From Bacteroidales bacterium (lineage in GTDB: Bacteria; Bacteroidota; Bacteroidia; Bacteroidales; GWA2-32-17), in NCBI GenBank assembly GCA_035371305.1, contig DAOOWN010000001.1, positions 3,406 through 67,405 on the forward strand: a DNA stretch of 64,000 bases, in the 5' to 3' direction. This document shows positions 1-8,474 of the stretch, piece after piece (the stretch's first letter is position 1; each line of letters opens with the position of its first letter). Both the position numbers and the translations under genes were made by a program. A model generated the notes under the pieces. The model did not search any database. It had not been told where the DNA came from and worked only from the letters and a program-made list of their open reading frames with translations.

Positions 1-1608
1 TTGTGGTGATACGGTAACGTTTTGAGTCGTTACAAAATCGCATAAGGTGTCGGTTACAATTATCGAACCATTGCACTTAAGTTTAAAATCATCAATATTC
101 CATCCTTTATAAGTTACACTAACATCGGTAACCCCTATACCAAAACGTACTTTGAAGTTTGGGTTATTGGTTGCCTGGGGTACGGAATAATTGCGTAATG
201 TCCAGGATGTTTCGTCGAGTGATGAAGTATTGGTCCAAATTTGCTGCCATGCCGAACCATTGTAGGCTTCAATATATAAATGGTCGTAGGTTGGGCTTTC
301 TACACCACTGTGGCTATAAAATTCTATATTGCATGTGTTTAAGTTTGAACAATCAATGGTTGGGCTTGTAAGCCAATAGGTTTGAGTTAAACTATTTTGG
401 TAGCAACCACCAAGCCAGTTCCCTATTATAAAATTGTCGGAAGTTGCAGTATGATCTTGAGCAGGGTCTTGACTGCCACTGCAACCGCTACTTGAAGTAG
501 CAGAGCCTCTTGTCCATTGTGTGCCGTATCCTGTCCATCCTTTGTCGGTCGAGAAATCATCAAAAAAGAAGGTGAGTAATCCTGTTGCAGAATTTGTTGT
601 AACATAATAGTGGTGATACGTTATAGTGTGGGTACCAACACCGGCAATGGCAGGGTCAAATGCATTTCCTGAAATGCCCGGACCCGAAAAAACTCCGGGC
701 GATGGGCTTCCGGTAAGGTTGGTTGCGGCATCGTTTACGCAATATGAATTATTGAGTCCGCTTATTGACATGGATGGAGGTGGATAAACATCCACATATA
801 CACTGTCTGATGCGGATAAACTTCCATCAGATACGGTTGCAACAAAGTAGCCGCTGTTTTGAGCGTTTATCGTTGTTGAATAGCTATTGGTTGATACTAC
901 ATTTGAATTAAAAGCTCCCTGAATAACTTGAGAAGGTGGTGGACAAAAGATTTGTACATTGTCCAATCCCCAGTGGTCATAATCGTTACCGGAAGTTACA
1001 TCTTGATACCAGCTAAACCAAATGGTTCCGTTTACAGGAACATTTTCGCAATAGTGTTGCCATGTGGTTAAAATTGGATCATAGCCTCCATTCGGATCCC
1101 AATAATTAATATCTATCCACGGTCCATTAGCGCTGGATGTAGAATACTGCAAATGAACACCTTCGGTTGATTCATCCGGGCCTTCGCAAGGAGATGAGTT
1201 TGCTTGAGAAGCATACTTCATATCAAAACATATTTGACATTGAGTTGTTACCGAATAACTAACCGTCGTTAATCTTCTGGGGAAGCTGGTTGCCGGGCCA
1301 ATCCACAAATAAGTGGTTCCATCAACTCCCGGTCCGCAAGTATCATTAAACATCGGTGATGCATTGGAAGACCATCCAGTTCCAATTTGACCATTATTAA
1401 AATTATTATCCATCATATACGTGGGGCAACCTGCATCGGGGTATGCAAAAGTAACCTGATCGCCTTGACAAACCTTAATGGTATCGGGAGTTAAAAAGTA
1501 GTCACCGTTGTAATAAACCGTATCTATTACAATTCCGCATTGTGAATATAAATTGCTTTGAATAAATATGGAAACAAAAACAACTATTGAAACGAATAAC
1601 TTATTCAT
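1..1608 (-). CDS. Secreted multidomain adhesin-like protein, N-terminal 536 codons (gene runs off the left edge)
   Basis: The minus-strand frame is open from the ATG (1608-1606) to position 1, spot-checked at 1-60, 601-660 and 1441-1608. It is missing from the ORF track only because it has no stop in the window. It starts MNKLFVSIVVFVSIFIQSNLYSQ (signal peptide). It has Cys-rich jelly-roll-like modules ending ..DHWGLDNVQIFC and ..GWNIDDFKLKC (MAM/LamG-like by eye) and an Ig-like repeat SGPGISGNAFDPAIAGVGTHTITY typical of giant Bacteroidota surface proteins. The family call is by resemblance only. Confidence 0.6.
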   Translation of the reverse strand, partial: MNKLFVSIVVFVSIFIQSNLYSQCGIVIDTVYYNGDYFLTPDTIKVCQGDQVTFAYPDAGCPTYMMDNNFNNGQIGTGWSSNASPMFNDTCGPGVDGTTYLWIGPATSFPRRLTTVSYSVTTQCQICFDMKYASQANSSPCEGPDESTEGVHLQYSTSSANGPWIDINYWDPNGGYDPILTTWQHYCENVPVNGTIWFSWYQDVTSGNDYDHWGLDNVQIFCPPPSQVIQGAFNSNVVSTNSYSTTINAQNSGYFVATVSDGSLSASDSVYVDVYPPPSMSISGLNNSYCVNDAATNLTGSPSPGVFSGPGISGNAFDPAIAGVGTHTITYHHYYVTTNSATGLLTFFFDDFSTDKGWTGYGTQWTRGSATSSSGCSGSQDPAQDHTATSDNFIIGNWLGGCYQNSLTQTYWLTSPTIDCSNLNTCNIEFYSHSGVESPTYDHLYIEAYNGSAWQQIWTNTSSLDETSWTLRNYSVPQATNNPNFKVRFGIGVTDVSVTYKGWNIDDFKLKCNGSIIVTDTLCDFVTTQNVTVSPQ

Positions 1609-2038
1609 GAAACTCTACTTTTAAATTTGTTATTTCAAACTTTGATAATACAGAACTTCTGTTGTTTTGTATTTCTTTTATATAAACTTTTAATCCTTTT
1701 GGACTATTTTTATCGCAATTGCCATCAAGGCTGCCCGATGGTGGCAATTCAATCGTGTATGTGTTTTCGGCATTTTTAGGTTTTCCGCATGTAACACACG
1801 CTCCATTCATCCATGTGTCAATATTCCACGAAATAGTGGCTTGCATTTCGGTTGTGTTTATAACTTGAATTTGATAAAAAAGTTGATGAATACCATTCCA
1901 ATCATCGTGGCATTCCATTTCTCGAGCAAAAAATTGAACACCTTGCTCTTGTTTAATGAGTTTATAATTAGTGTTTTGGCTTATTATTGATTGATAACTC
2001 AAAACAATCAAGAATACAATTGAAAAAAAGATTTTCAT
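1601..2038 (-). CDS. Small secreted hypothetical protein (145 aa)
   Basis: Signal peptide MKIFFSIVFLIVLSYQSIISQ and several Cys. No recognisable family. Its stop overlaps the start of the downstream adhesin-like gene (ATGAATAA, 8-nt overlap), implying co-transcription. Confidence 0.5.
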   Translation of the reverse strand: MKIFFSIVFLIVLSYQSIISQNTNYKLIKQEQGVQFFAREMECHDDWNGIHQLFYQIQVINTTEMQATISWNIDTWMNGACVTCGKPKNAENTYTIELPPSGSLDGNCDKNSPKGLKVYIKEIQNNRSSVLSKFEITNLKVEFHE

Positions 2039-2091
2039 GTTTATTTTTTTTTAAAGACGTTTAATTTTAATTTTGGTTGCCAAGATATGCA

Positions 2092-2193
2092 TTATTTAGC
2101 AAAAATTAACTTGCCAATTTGCATGTTTTTATCATTTATTTGATAAAAATACAGTCCTTCTGAATAGGGTTGTAATGAGAATAATTCAAAAAT
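2092..2193 (-). pseudogene. Relic 3' end of a T9SS C-terminal sorting domain (33 codons + stop, no upstream gene body)
   Basis: The minus-strand translation IFELFSLQPYSEGLYFYQINDKNMQIGKLIFAK* matches the last strands of type-A T9SS CTDs (compare ..SNGLYNVVATSLNGKMFISKFSK* and ..SSGIYMISVKTTDGKYLGKLIKK* in this window). An in-frame stop lies immediately upstream (2194-2196). Confidence 0.4.
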
Positions 2194-2230
2194 TTAAAAA
2201 GGATTTCTTTGAAATAAGTAAAACAATGCT

Positions 2231-2238
2231 TAAATTTG
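2231..2238 (+). promoter_or_regulatory. Candidate Bacteroidota -7 promoter box (TAAATTTG) for sod
   Basis: Exact match to the TAnnTTTG consensus, 23 nt upstream of the ATG at 2262. Confidence 0.4.
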
Positions 2239-2261
2239 TTCATTAAAAAAATGGATTAATT

Positions 2262-2840
2262 ATGAAGCACGAATTACCTTTATTGCCTTATGCTCCTAAT
2301 GCGTTAGAGCCTGTTATAAGCCAAAAAACCATCGAATATCATTATGGAAAACACCATCAGGCTTATGTTAATAATTTAAATAATTTAATTGTCGGAACAA
2401 CGTTTGAAAATGCTGATTTGTTAACTATTATTAAAGAGGCTGACGGAGGCATTTTTAATAATGGAGCTCAGGTATGGAATCATACATTTTATTTTGAATC
2501 GTTCTCGCCAAATCCCAAAACAAAACCGGAGGGAAAGCTGTTAGAAGCTATTCAACATAAATTTGGAAGTTTGGAGGCGTTTAAAGAAGCTTTTCAGAAA
2601 GCAGCAACAACGTTATTTGGCTCAGGTTGGGCATGGTTAGTTGTTAGTAAAGAAGGGCAGCTCGAAATTATTCAAACTTCAAATGCAGCAAATCCTATAC
2701 GCGATGGACATAAACCACTTTTAACGTGTGATGTATGGGAACATGCTTACTATCTCGATTATCAAAATCGCCGTCCCGATTATGTAAGTGAATTTTGGAA
2801 AATACTCGATTGGAATGTCGTTGAAAAACGGTTCAATTAA
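2262..2840 (+). CDS. sodB: Superoxide dismutase, Fe/Mn family (Fe-type signature)
   Basis: Motifs HHQAYVNNLN, AQVWNHTFYF, FGSGWAWLV and DVWEHAYYLDYQNRRPDY. Length 192 aa. Confidence 0.95.
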   Translation: MKHELPLLPYAPNALEPVISQKTIEYHYGKHHQAYVNNLNNLIVGTTFENADLLTIIKEADGGIFNNGAQVWNHTFYFESFSPNPKTKPEGKLLEAIQHKFGSLEAFKEAFQKAATTLFGSGWAWLVVSKEGQLEIIQTSNAANPIRDGHKPLLTCDVWEHAYYLDYQNRRPDYVSEFWKILDWNVVEKRFN

Positions 2841-3634
2841 TTTGTTTTGTAATATTTCATTGCGGTAGGCAGAAATTTTTTCATTTCTTTTATTCGGTTT
2901 TCATCCGAAGGATGAGTGCTTAAAAATTGAGGGATAGAGCCTCCACTTTTTTGACTCATTCGTTCCCAGAAAGCGATTGCTTTTTCGGGATTATAACCTG
3001 CTTTAGCCATTATAACGAGGCCTATTTTATCCGCTTCGTATTCATGCTTGCGCGAATATGCTAATGCTCCGAGGGTAGCACTTACTCCATAAAGTGATTT
3101 GAAGATTTCTTTTGTTTCTTCGGGACGTTGTTGCATGGCTACATCTATCGTAACTCCTCCCATCATGATAGCCATTTGTTGGCTCATGCGTTCGTTTCCA
3201 TGTTTAGCTATGGCATGTGCCATTTCGTGCCCCATAACAACTGCAATCCCTTCGTCGTCTTGAGTGTAGGGAAGAATACCGGAGTAAAAAACAATTTTGC
3301 CACCGGGCATACACCACGCATTAACGGTTGGGTTATCTACTAAATGATACTCCCATTTTTGATTTTTTATTCGATCTTTATATTTGGTGTTGGCAAAAAG
3401 GTTATTAACGGCAGCTACCATTCTATTACCAACATTATCTAATTGTTTGCTTCGATTATCGCTGGAAGGTATGATTTTGTTTTTTGACATAAAATCTTGA
3501 TAGCTCGTTAGTGCTAGGTTGGTTATCATTATGTCGGGCATTAGCCTTATCTGATTTCTATTGGTGATAGGAACTTTATAGCAACGAATCAAAAGAAATA
3601 GAATTGAAAAGAATAAAAATATTTTTGTTTTCAT
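2837..3634 (-). CDS. M48 family zinc metallopeptidase (probable lipoprotein)
   Basis: HEMAHA (HExxH) zinc motif, downstream E..AD, and N-terminal signal ending ..LLIRC. TPR-free LoiP/YcaL-like size (265 aa). Confidence 0.85.
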   Translation of the reverse strand: MKTKIFLFFSILFLLIRCYKVPITNRNQIRLMPDIMITNLALTSYQDFMSKNKIIPSSDNRSKQLDNVGNRMVAAVNNLFANTKYKDRIKNQKWEYHLVDNPTVNAWCMPGGKIVFYSGILPYTQDDEGIAVVMGHEMAHAIAKHGNERMSQQMAIMMGGVTIDVAMQQRPEETKEIFKSLYGVSATLGALAYSRKHEYEADKIGLVIMAKAGYNPEKAIAFWERMSQKSGGSIPQFLSTHPSDENRIKEMKKFLPTAMKYYKTN

Positions 3635-3651
3635 GTCTTTAAAAATTTGTA

Positions 3652-3659
3652 CAAAAATA
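3652..3659 (-). promoter_or_regulatory. Candidate -7 box (TATTTTTG on minus strand) for the M48 peptidase gene
   Basis: Exact TAnnTTTG, 17 nt upstream of the minus-strand ATG at 3634. Confidence 0.4.
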
Positions 3660-3669
3660 CATTAAAAAA

Positions 3670-3677
3670 TAGTTTTG
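3670..3677 (+). promoter_or_regulatory. Candidate -7 box (TAGTTTTG) for the MazG-like gene
   Basis: Exact TAnnTTTG in the divergent intergenic region, upstream of the ATG at 3730. Confidence 0.35.
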
Positions 3678-3729
3678 TCATTTTTTTGTTTTTAGAAAAT
3701 GAATTAGGTTTGTGATATTAATATATGTT

Positions 3730-4095
3730 ATGGAATCAAAAAAACATACGCTTGATGAATTACAAAAACTAACTGACCAGTGGATAACATCCATCGGCGT
3801 CAGATATTTTAATGAGTTAACAAACATGACCTTGTTAATGGAAGAGGTGGGCGAATTGGCAAGACTAATGGCGCGAACTTATGGTGAGCAATCGTTTAAA
3901 GAGAGTGATAAACAAAATAGCATAGGAGAGGAAATGGCAGATGTGCTATGGGTATTGATATGCTTGGCCAATCAAACCGGTATAAATCTCGAAAAAGAAT
4001 TTATGGCTAAGTATGAAAAACGAACAAAACGCGATAAACTTCGACACAAAAAAAACGAAAAATTAAATGATAGCAATCTTAAGCCCAAACTATAA
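3730..4095 (+). CDS. MazG-like nucleotide pyrophosphohydrolase (YpjD type)
   Basis: EEVGELARL...EEMADVLWVLICLAN is the MazG EExxE/D helix pair. The track ORF begins at GTG 3712, but the first ATG (MESKKH) is at 3730. Confidence 0.8.
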   Translation: MESKKHTLDELQKLTDQWITSIGVRYFNELTNMTLLMEEVGELARLMARTYGEQSFKESDKQNSIGEEMADVLWVLICLANQTGINLEKEFMAKYEKRTKRDKLRHKKNEKLNDSNLKPKL

Positions 4096-5020
4096 TCCAT
4101 ATTTTAATATTGCCTTAGAATATTATCTTTTACATGAATTGGATGAAGATATTTTGTTGGTTTATCGAAACGAAACATCGGTTATTGTTGGTAAACATCA
4201 GAATGCTTTTGCAGAAGCGAATCAACAATTTATTCATCAGGCGAACATCCCTTTAGTTCGTAGAATATCTGGTGGTGGTACTGTTTTTCACGATTTGGGA
4301 AATATCAACATAACCATTATTCGTAAAGGGAAATTGAAATTTATGGATTTGCTTCAGCCCATTAGAGAAGTCCTTTATAAACTGAACATCGAAACAGAAA
4401 TTTCGGAAAAAAATGATTTGTTAGTAGATAAGAAAAAGATTACAGGAACCGCAGCTCATATTTACAAAGAAAAAACCTTGCATCATGCTACATTACTTTA
4501 CAATGCCTCACAAGAAATATTGCACAAAAGTTTAAACGGCAAAAAAGAATGTTTTATTGATAAGGGGGTTCGATCGCGTCCTTCGCCTACGATAAACCTT
4601 ATTGATTGCTTAAATGTAAATTATACCAACGAGCAGTTTGCCGATTTTATGTGGAATGAGCTTAAGCAAATGTATGGCGTAGAAAACGTTTATAAATTAA
4701 ATGAACATGATGTTTCGGTGGTTAATGATTTAGTGAAGAATAAATTTTCTTCTTGGAATTGGAATTATGCCTTTTCACCGTCCTTTGAGTTTGTGAATTC
4801 TATTTTCGAAGAAGGGGTATTAATTCAACTTTCTATTCAGGTAAAAAATGGATGTATAGAAAAAGCAACACTTGTAAATAATGGTAAAACGTATGAGTTA
4901 ACTGTTTTAAATACATTGCCGTTTATTCAATTAGAATTAATAAATACGTTGAGTGATTGGAGCAAAAAAAACTGCCCAACGTTAAAGTTGAGCAGTTTTG
5001 AAAAATTGTTGAAATTTTGA
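4067..5020 (+). CDS. lplA: Lipoate-protein ligase A
   Basis: Signature RRISGGGTVFHDLGN, GKHQN, KITGTAAH. Length 317 aa. It overlaps the upstream gene by 29 nt. Confidence 0.9.
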   Translation: MIAILSPNYNPYFNIALEYYLLHELDEDILLVYRNETSVIVGKHQNAFAEANQQFIHQANIPLVRRISGGGTVFHDLGNINITIIRKGKLKFMDLLQPIREVLYKLNIETEISEKNDLLVDKKKITGTAAHIYKEKTLHHATLLYNASQEILHKSLNGKKECFIDKGVRSRPSPTINLIDCLNVNYTNEQFADFMWNELKQMYGVENVYKLNEHDVSVVNDLVKNKFSSWNWNYAFSPSFEFVNSIFEEGVLIQLSIQVKNGCIEKATLVNNGKTYELTVLNTLPFIQLELINTLSDWSKKNCPTLKLSSFEKLLKF

Positions 5021-5026
5021 AAAGGT

Positions 5027-5686
5027 TTACCATCCGGGACCTAAATCGCCAATAATAAGACGAATAAAGTCGATTAAAACCCAAATACTAAGTGCGGTTA
5101 AAATTACGTAGCCAATAATTAGAACAAATGTTAAAAGACCAACAAGGAACATGACTAATTGCCAAATACCCTTCTTTTTATTACCAAGATAAAAGCTGTG
5201 AATCCCAAGAAATCCTAAAAAGAAACAAAGTAATAGTGCAACAATCTGATTTCCTCCGCCGCCTTTGCTGTTAGCTTTTTGTGATGTTGCATAAAACGCT
5301 AAGGCTTTTGCATTTTCTTTTAATGCTTTTACGGCTTCGTTTTTGTTTAATTGTTTTGCCTCAGAATGAGTTTCTGTGGTTGATGCATTTGTTTTGTGAG
5401 CAAATTTAGGTATAGTGGCTTTCATTAAATGTTCTTCTGCTGATTGATGAAAAATGGGTGTATGTTCCGTTTCGGCAACCGATTCGCTTAAAGGTTCCGT
5501 TGTGTTTGTTTTTAAAGCAACTTCATTGTTTCTTTGCTTTTCAACAATGGTAGATTTTGTGTTTTTGGTAGAACCATTATCAACATAAAAACCGGAACGA
5601 TAATGACGCTTTTCAATACTACACGATGTTTGAAGCAAAAATGCAACAAAAACACCCAAAATAAAAATAACAGATAATTTTTTCAT
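5027..5686 (-). CDS. TM2 domain-containing membrane protein (lipoprotein-type signal)
   Basis: C-terminal FFLGFLGIHSFYLGNKKKGIWQL is a TM2 domain with 2 TM helices. N-terminus ..LLQTSC (Cys22), followed by a low-complexity linker. Confidence 0.75.
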   Translation of the reverse strand: MKKLSVIFILGVFVAFLLQTSCSIEKRHYRSGFYVDNGSTKNTKSTIVEKQRNNEVALKTNTTEPLSESVAETEHTPIFHQSAEEHLMKATIPKFAHKTNASTTETHSEAKQLNKNEAVKALKENAKALAFYATSQKANSKGGGGNQIVALLLCFFLGFLGIHSFYLGNKKKGIWQLVMFLVGLLTFVLIIGYVILTALSIWVLIDFIRLIIGDLGPGW

Positions 5687-5760
5687 AGGCTTTTTTTTAA
5701 ATTACTTTCACTTATACTCTTTTATAAGATAATGGTTTCAATTTTTTAAAATAAATTTTC

Positions 5761-5768
5761 TACATTTG
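5761..5768 (+). promoter_or_regulatory. Candidate -7 box (TACATTTG) for the Fe-ADH gene
   Basis: Exact TAnnTTTG, 10 nt upstream of the ATG at 5779. This implies a very short leader. Confidence 0.35.
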
Positions 5769-5778
5769 AAAAAAAAAT

Positions 5779-6915
5779 ATGGAAACATTTACTGCGTATA
5801 ATCCTACAAAGCTATTTTTTGGTAAAAACAGCATTTCAAACTTATCAAAGCAACTTCCAAAATATGGAAAAAAAGCCTTGTTAGTTTTAGGCGGCAAGTC
5901 GGCAAAATTAAACGGTGCTTATTCAGATGTTTTATCTCAGTTGGAATTGGCAAAAATTGATGTTGTCGAGATATGGGGGATAAAGCCAAACCCTCGTGTT
6001 GAGGACGTAGAAAAAGCCATCGCATTAGGAATCGCCGAAAAAGTGGATATGATAATTGCTATTGGTGGTGGGAGTGTAATAGATTCTGCCAAAATGATAG
6101 CGTTGTGCATACCCTCTAATCATCAACCTTGGAAAGTGATGAAAGGCAAAGAAAAACCGACACGAGCATTGCCTATTATTACTGTTCTAACATTAGCAGC
6201 AACCGGTTCGGAAATGAATCCTTTTGCTGTGTTACAGAACAATGCAACCCATGAGAAAATTGGCTTTGGCTCGCCCTACACGTACCCAACTATTTCTATT
6301 TGCGATCCTACTTATACTTTATCCGTTTCAAAGGAATATACGGCTTATGGTTTAGCCGATATCGTAGCTCATTTGCTCGAAGCTTATTTTGGTGAAGGGA
6401 ATGCTGCTCTTTCAGATCTTTTTGTTATTAGTGTTTTAAAAGAAATTAGCCAGATAGCAGAACCCTTACTCAATGATTTGCAAAATTATGCGTTGCGTGA
6501 ACGTATGATGTGGGCATCAACCTGTGCGTTAAATGGCATAACTTTTTATGGAAGAAAATCGGGCGATTGGGGTGTGCATGATGTAGCCCATCATTTATCA
6601 CTCTTATATGATGTTCCTCATGGAGCTAGTTTGTCCGTTGTTTATCCGGCATGGTTTAAATTACAAAGACGCGCTTCTAAAGATCGAATCGAATTTCTGG
6701 GAAAAGAGTGGTTTAAGGTAAGAACAACAGGGCAAACCATAGAAAAATTGAAAGAATTCTTTACGAAAATTCAGTGTCCGACACAACTTCGTGACCTAAA
6801 TATAAATGAAAAGCAAAAAGAAGAATTTCTGATGCTTCTATTTAAAAATAAGCCTTCGGGAATGATTCATATGCTCAATAAACCAAAATTAAGAAAGTTG
6901 GTTGAATTTATGTAA
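5779..6915 (+). CDS. Iron-containing (group III) alcohol dehydrogenase
   Basis: GGGSVIDSAKMIA nucleotide-binding motif and the His-rich metal site (..VHDVAHHLS..PHG..). Length 378 aa, YqhD/butanol-DH-like. Confidence 0.85.
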   Translation: METFTAYNPTKLFFGKNSISNLSKQLPKYGKKALLVLGGKSAKLNGAYSDVLSQLELAKIDVVEIWGIKPNPRVEDVEKAIALGIAEKVDMIIAIGGGSVIDSAKMIALCIPSNHQPWKVMKGKEKPTRALPIITVLTLAATGSEMNPFAVLQNNATHEKIGFGSPYTYPTISICDPTYTLSVSKEYTAYGLADIVAHLLEAYFGEGNAALSDLFVISVLKEISQIAEPLLNDLQNYALRERMMWASTCALNGITFYGRKSGDWGVHDVAHHLSLLYDVPHGASLSVVYPAWFKLQRRASKDRIEFLGKEWFKVRTTGQTIEKLKEFFTKIQCPTQLRDLNINEKQKEEFLMLLFKNKPSGMIHMLNKPKLRKLVEFM

Positions 6916-7021
6916 AATTGCGAGTACACTTTTTTTTACAAAAACAAAAGAAAAGAATATATTTATAGGTTTGCTTGGCTATAAATTTTATTTTCAGTTT
7001 TGAAAATCAATACTATTAATC

Positions 7022-7029
7022 TATCTTTG
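7022..7029 (+). promoter_or_regulatory. Candidate -7 box (TATCTTTG) for lpxC-fabZ
   Basis: Exact TAnnTTTG, 24 nt upstream of the ATG at 7054. This argues against the TTG start at 7000 given in the ORF track. Confidence 0.45.
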
Positions 7030-7053
7030 TGCCACTTTAAAAAAAATCAGATC

Positions 7054-8454
7054 ATGATTGGAAAAATGCAGCGAACAGTAAAGATGCCTATTTCTTTCTC
7101 CGGTAGCGGTTTGCATACAGGTACGAATTGTACTGTTACTTTAAAACCTGCACCCATTCATCATGGCATAATTTTTCAACGAGTAGATATTGATGGCAAT
7201 CCCATTGTTAAAAGCATAGTAGATAATGTTAGCCATACGGCACGAGGAACTTCACTAACTGAAAACGGCGTAACCATCCATACGGTTGAACATTTGTTAA
7301 GTGCCATTTTTGCGATGGAAATTGATAACTTGCTTATTGAGATTACCGGCGAAGAAGTTCCTATTTTAGATGGCAGTGCACGCGAATTTGTAGCCGGAAT
7401 AATGAATGTAGGAATTTTTGAGCAAGACGAGCCAAAATATTATTTTGAAATAAAACAACCGATCTCATTTGTTGTTCCTGAGTCCGGAAGTGAGTATATT
7501 GCCCTTCCCGATGACGAATTTAATGTTACTACTCTTATCGATTACCCTTCGGATATCGTTAAAAATCAATATGCCGTTTTAGATTCTTTAGCAACGTATG
7601 CTACAGAAATTGCAAAAAGCAGAACGTTTGTCTTTTTAGACGAATTAGAATATTTGGCAAAAAATGGTTTGGTAAAAGGTGGCGATTTGAATAATGCCAT
7701 AGTAATTGTGGATAAAAAATTGACAAAAGAAGAAGTAAATTCCATTGCCGACTTACTTCATAAGCCTCACATAGAATACGAGCCTGAGTTGGGCTTATTA
7801 AACAATACTTCTTTGCATTATACGAATGAGTTAGCACGTCACAAATTGCTCGATTTTATTGGCGATGTGTCGTTAGTAGGAATGCCCATTAAGGGGAAAA
7901 TCATTACTAAAAAACCGGGACATAAAGCTAATGTAGAGTTTGCAAAACACCTTTCTCAAATTATTCGTAAAGAAAAAGCAAAACCTTCGATGCCCGTTAC
8001 CGATATTTATGCAAAGCCAATAATGGACATTGGCGAAATTAAAAAGCGATTACCTCATCGCTATCCGTTTTTGTTGGTAGATAAAATATTAAAGATTGAT
8101 GAAAACAGTATAATTGGTTTAAAAAATGTTACCTATAACGAAGCCTTTTTCGTGGGGCATTTTCCTAACGAACCGGTTATGCCGGGAGTATTAATTGTTG
8201 AGGCAATGGCCCAAGTTGGGGGCATTCTTGTTTTGAATTCTGTTCCCGATCCGGAGAATTATGCAACCTATTTTTTGCGAATTGAACAGGTTCGTTTTAA
8301 AAAGAAAGTTTCTCCCGGTGATACGTTGATATTTAAATTAGAGTTAGTTAGTCCGGTTAGGAGAGGTATTGCCACCATGAGAGGAATAGCTTATGTAGGC
8401 GATTCAATTGTAACGGAGGGCTTATTGACTGCTCAAATAGCTAAAAAAGAATAA
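7054..8454 (+). CDS. lpxC-fabZ: Bifunctional UDP-3-O-acyl-GlcNAc deacetylase / 3-hydroxyacyl-ACP dehydratase (LpxC-FabZ fusion)
   Basis: The N-terminal half is LpxC-like (GSGLHTG, HTVEHLLSA, ELARHKLLD..GD, PGH). The C-terminal half is FabZ (LPHRYPFLLVDK, FFVGHFP..PVMPGVL.VEAMAQ). This fusion is typical of Bacteroidota. Confidence 0.93.
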   Translation: MIGKMQRTVKMPISFSGSGLHTGTNCTVTLKPAPIHHGIIFQRVDIDGNPIVKSIVDNVSHTARGTSLTENGVTIHTVEHLLSAIFAMEIDNLLIEITGEEVPILDGSAREFVAGIMNVGIFEQDEPKYYFEIKQPISFVVPESGSEYIALPDDEFNVTTLIDYPSDIVKNQYAVLDSLATYATEIAKSRTFVFLDELEYLAKNGLVKGGDLNNAIVIVDKKLTKEEVNSIADLLHKPHIEYEPELGLLNNTSLHYTNELARHKLLDFIGDVSLVGMPIKGKIITKKPGHKANVEFAKHLSQIIRKEKAKPSMPVTDIYAKPIMDIGEIKKRLPHRYPFLLVDKILKIDENSIIGLKNVTYNEAFFVGHFPNEPVMPGVLIVEAMAQVGGILVLNSVPDPENYATYFLRIEQVRFKKKVSPGDTLIFKLELVSPVRRGIATMRGIAYVGDSIVTEGLLTAQIAKKE

Positions 8455-8474
8455 TTAAATTTCATTATTAAAAT

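Noticed and set aside
159-371. 70-aa plus-strand ORF
   Set aside because: It is embedded antisense in the long open minus-strand frame of the adhesin-like gene (1-1608).
7000-7053. TTG-initiated N-terminal extension of LpxC-FabZ. Similar TTG/GTG extensions occur at 3712, 32768 and 48955.
   Set aside because: Exact -7 promoter boxes fall inside or just before these extensions, the extensions lack homology-like sequence, and ATG codons giving canonical N-termini or signal peptides lie just downstream.
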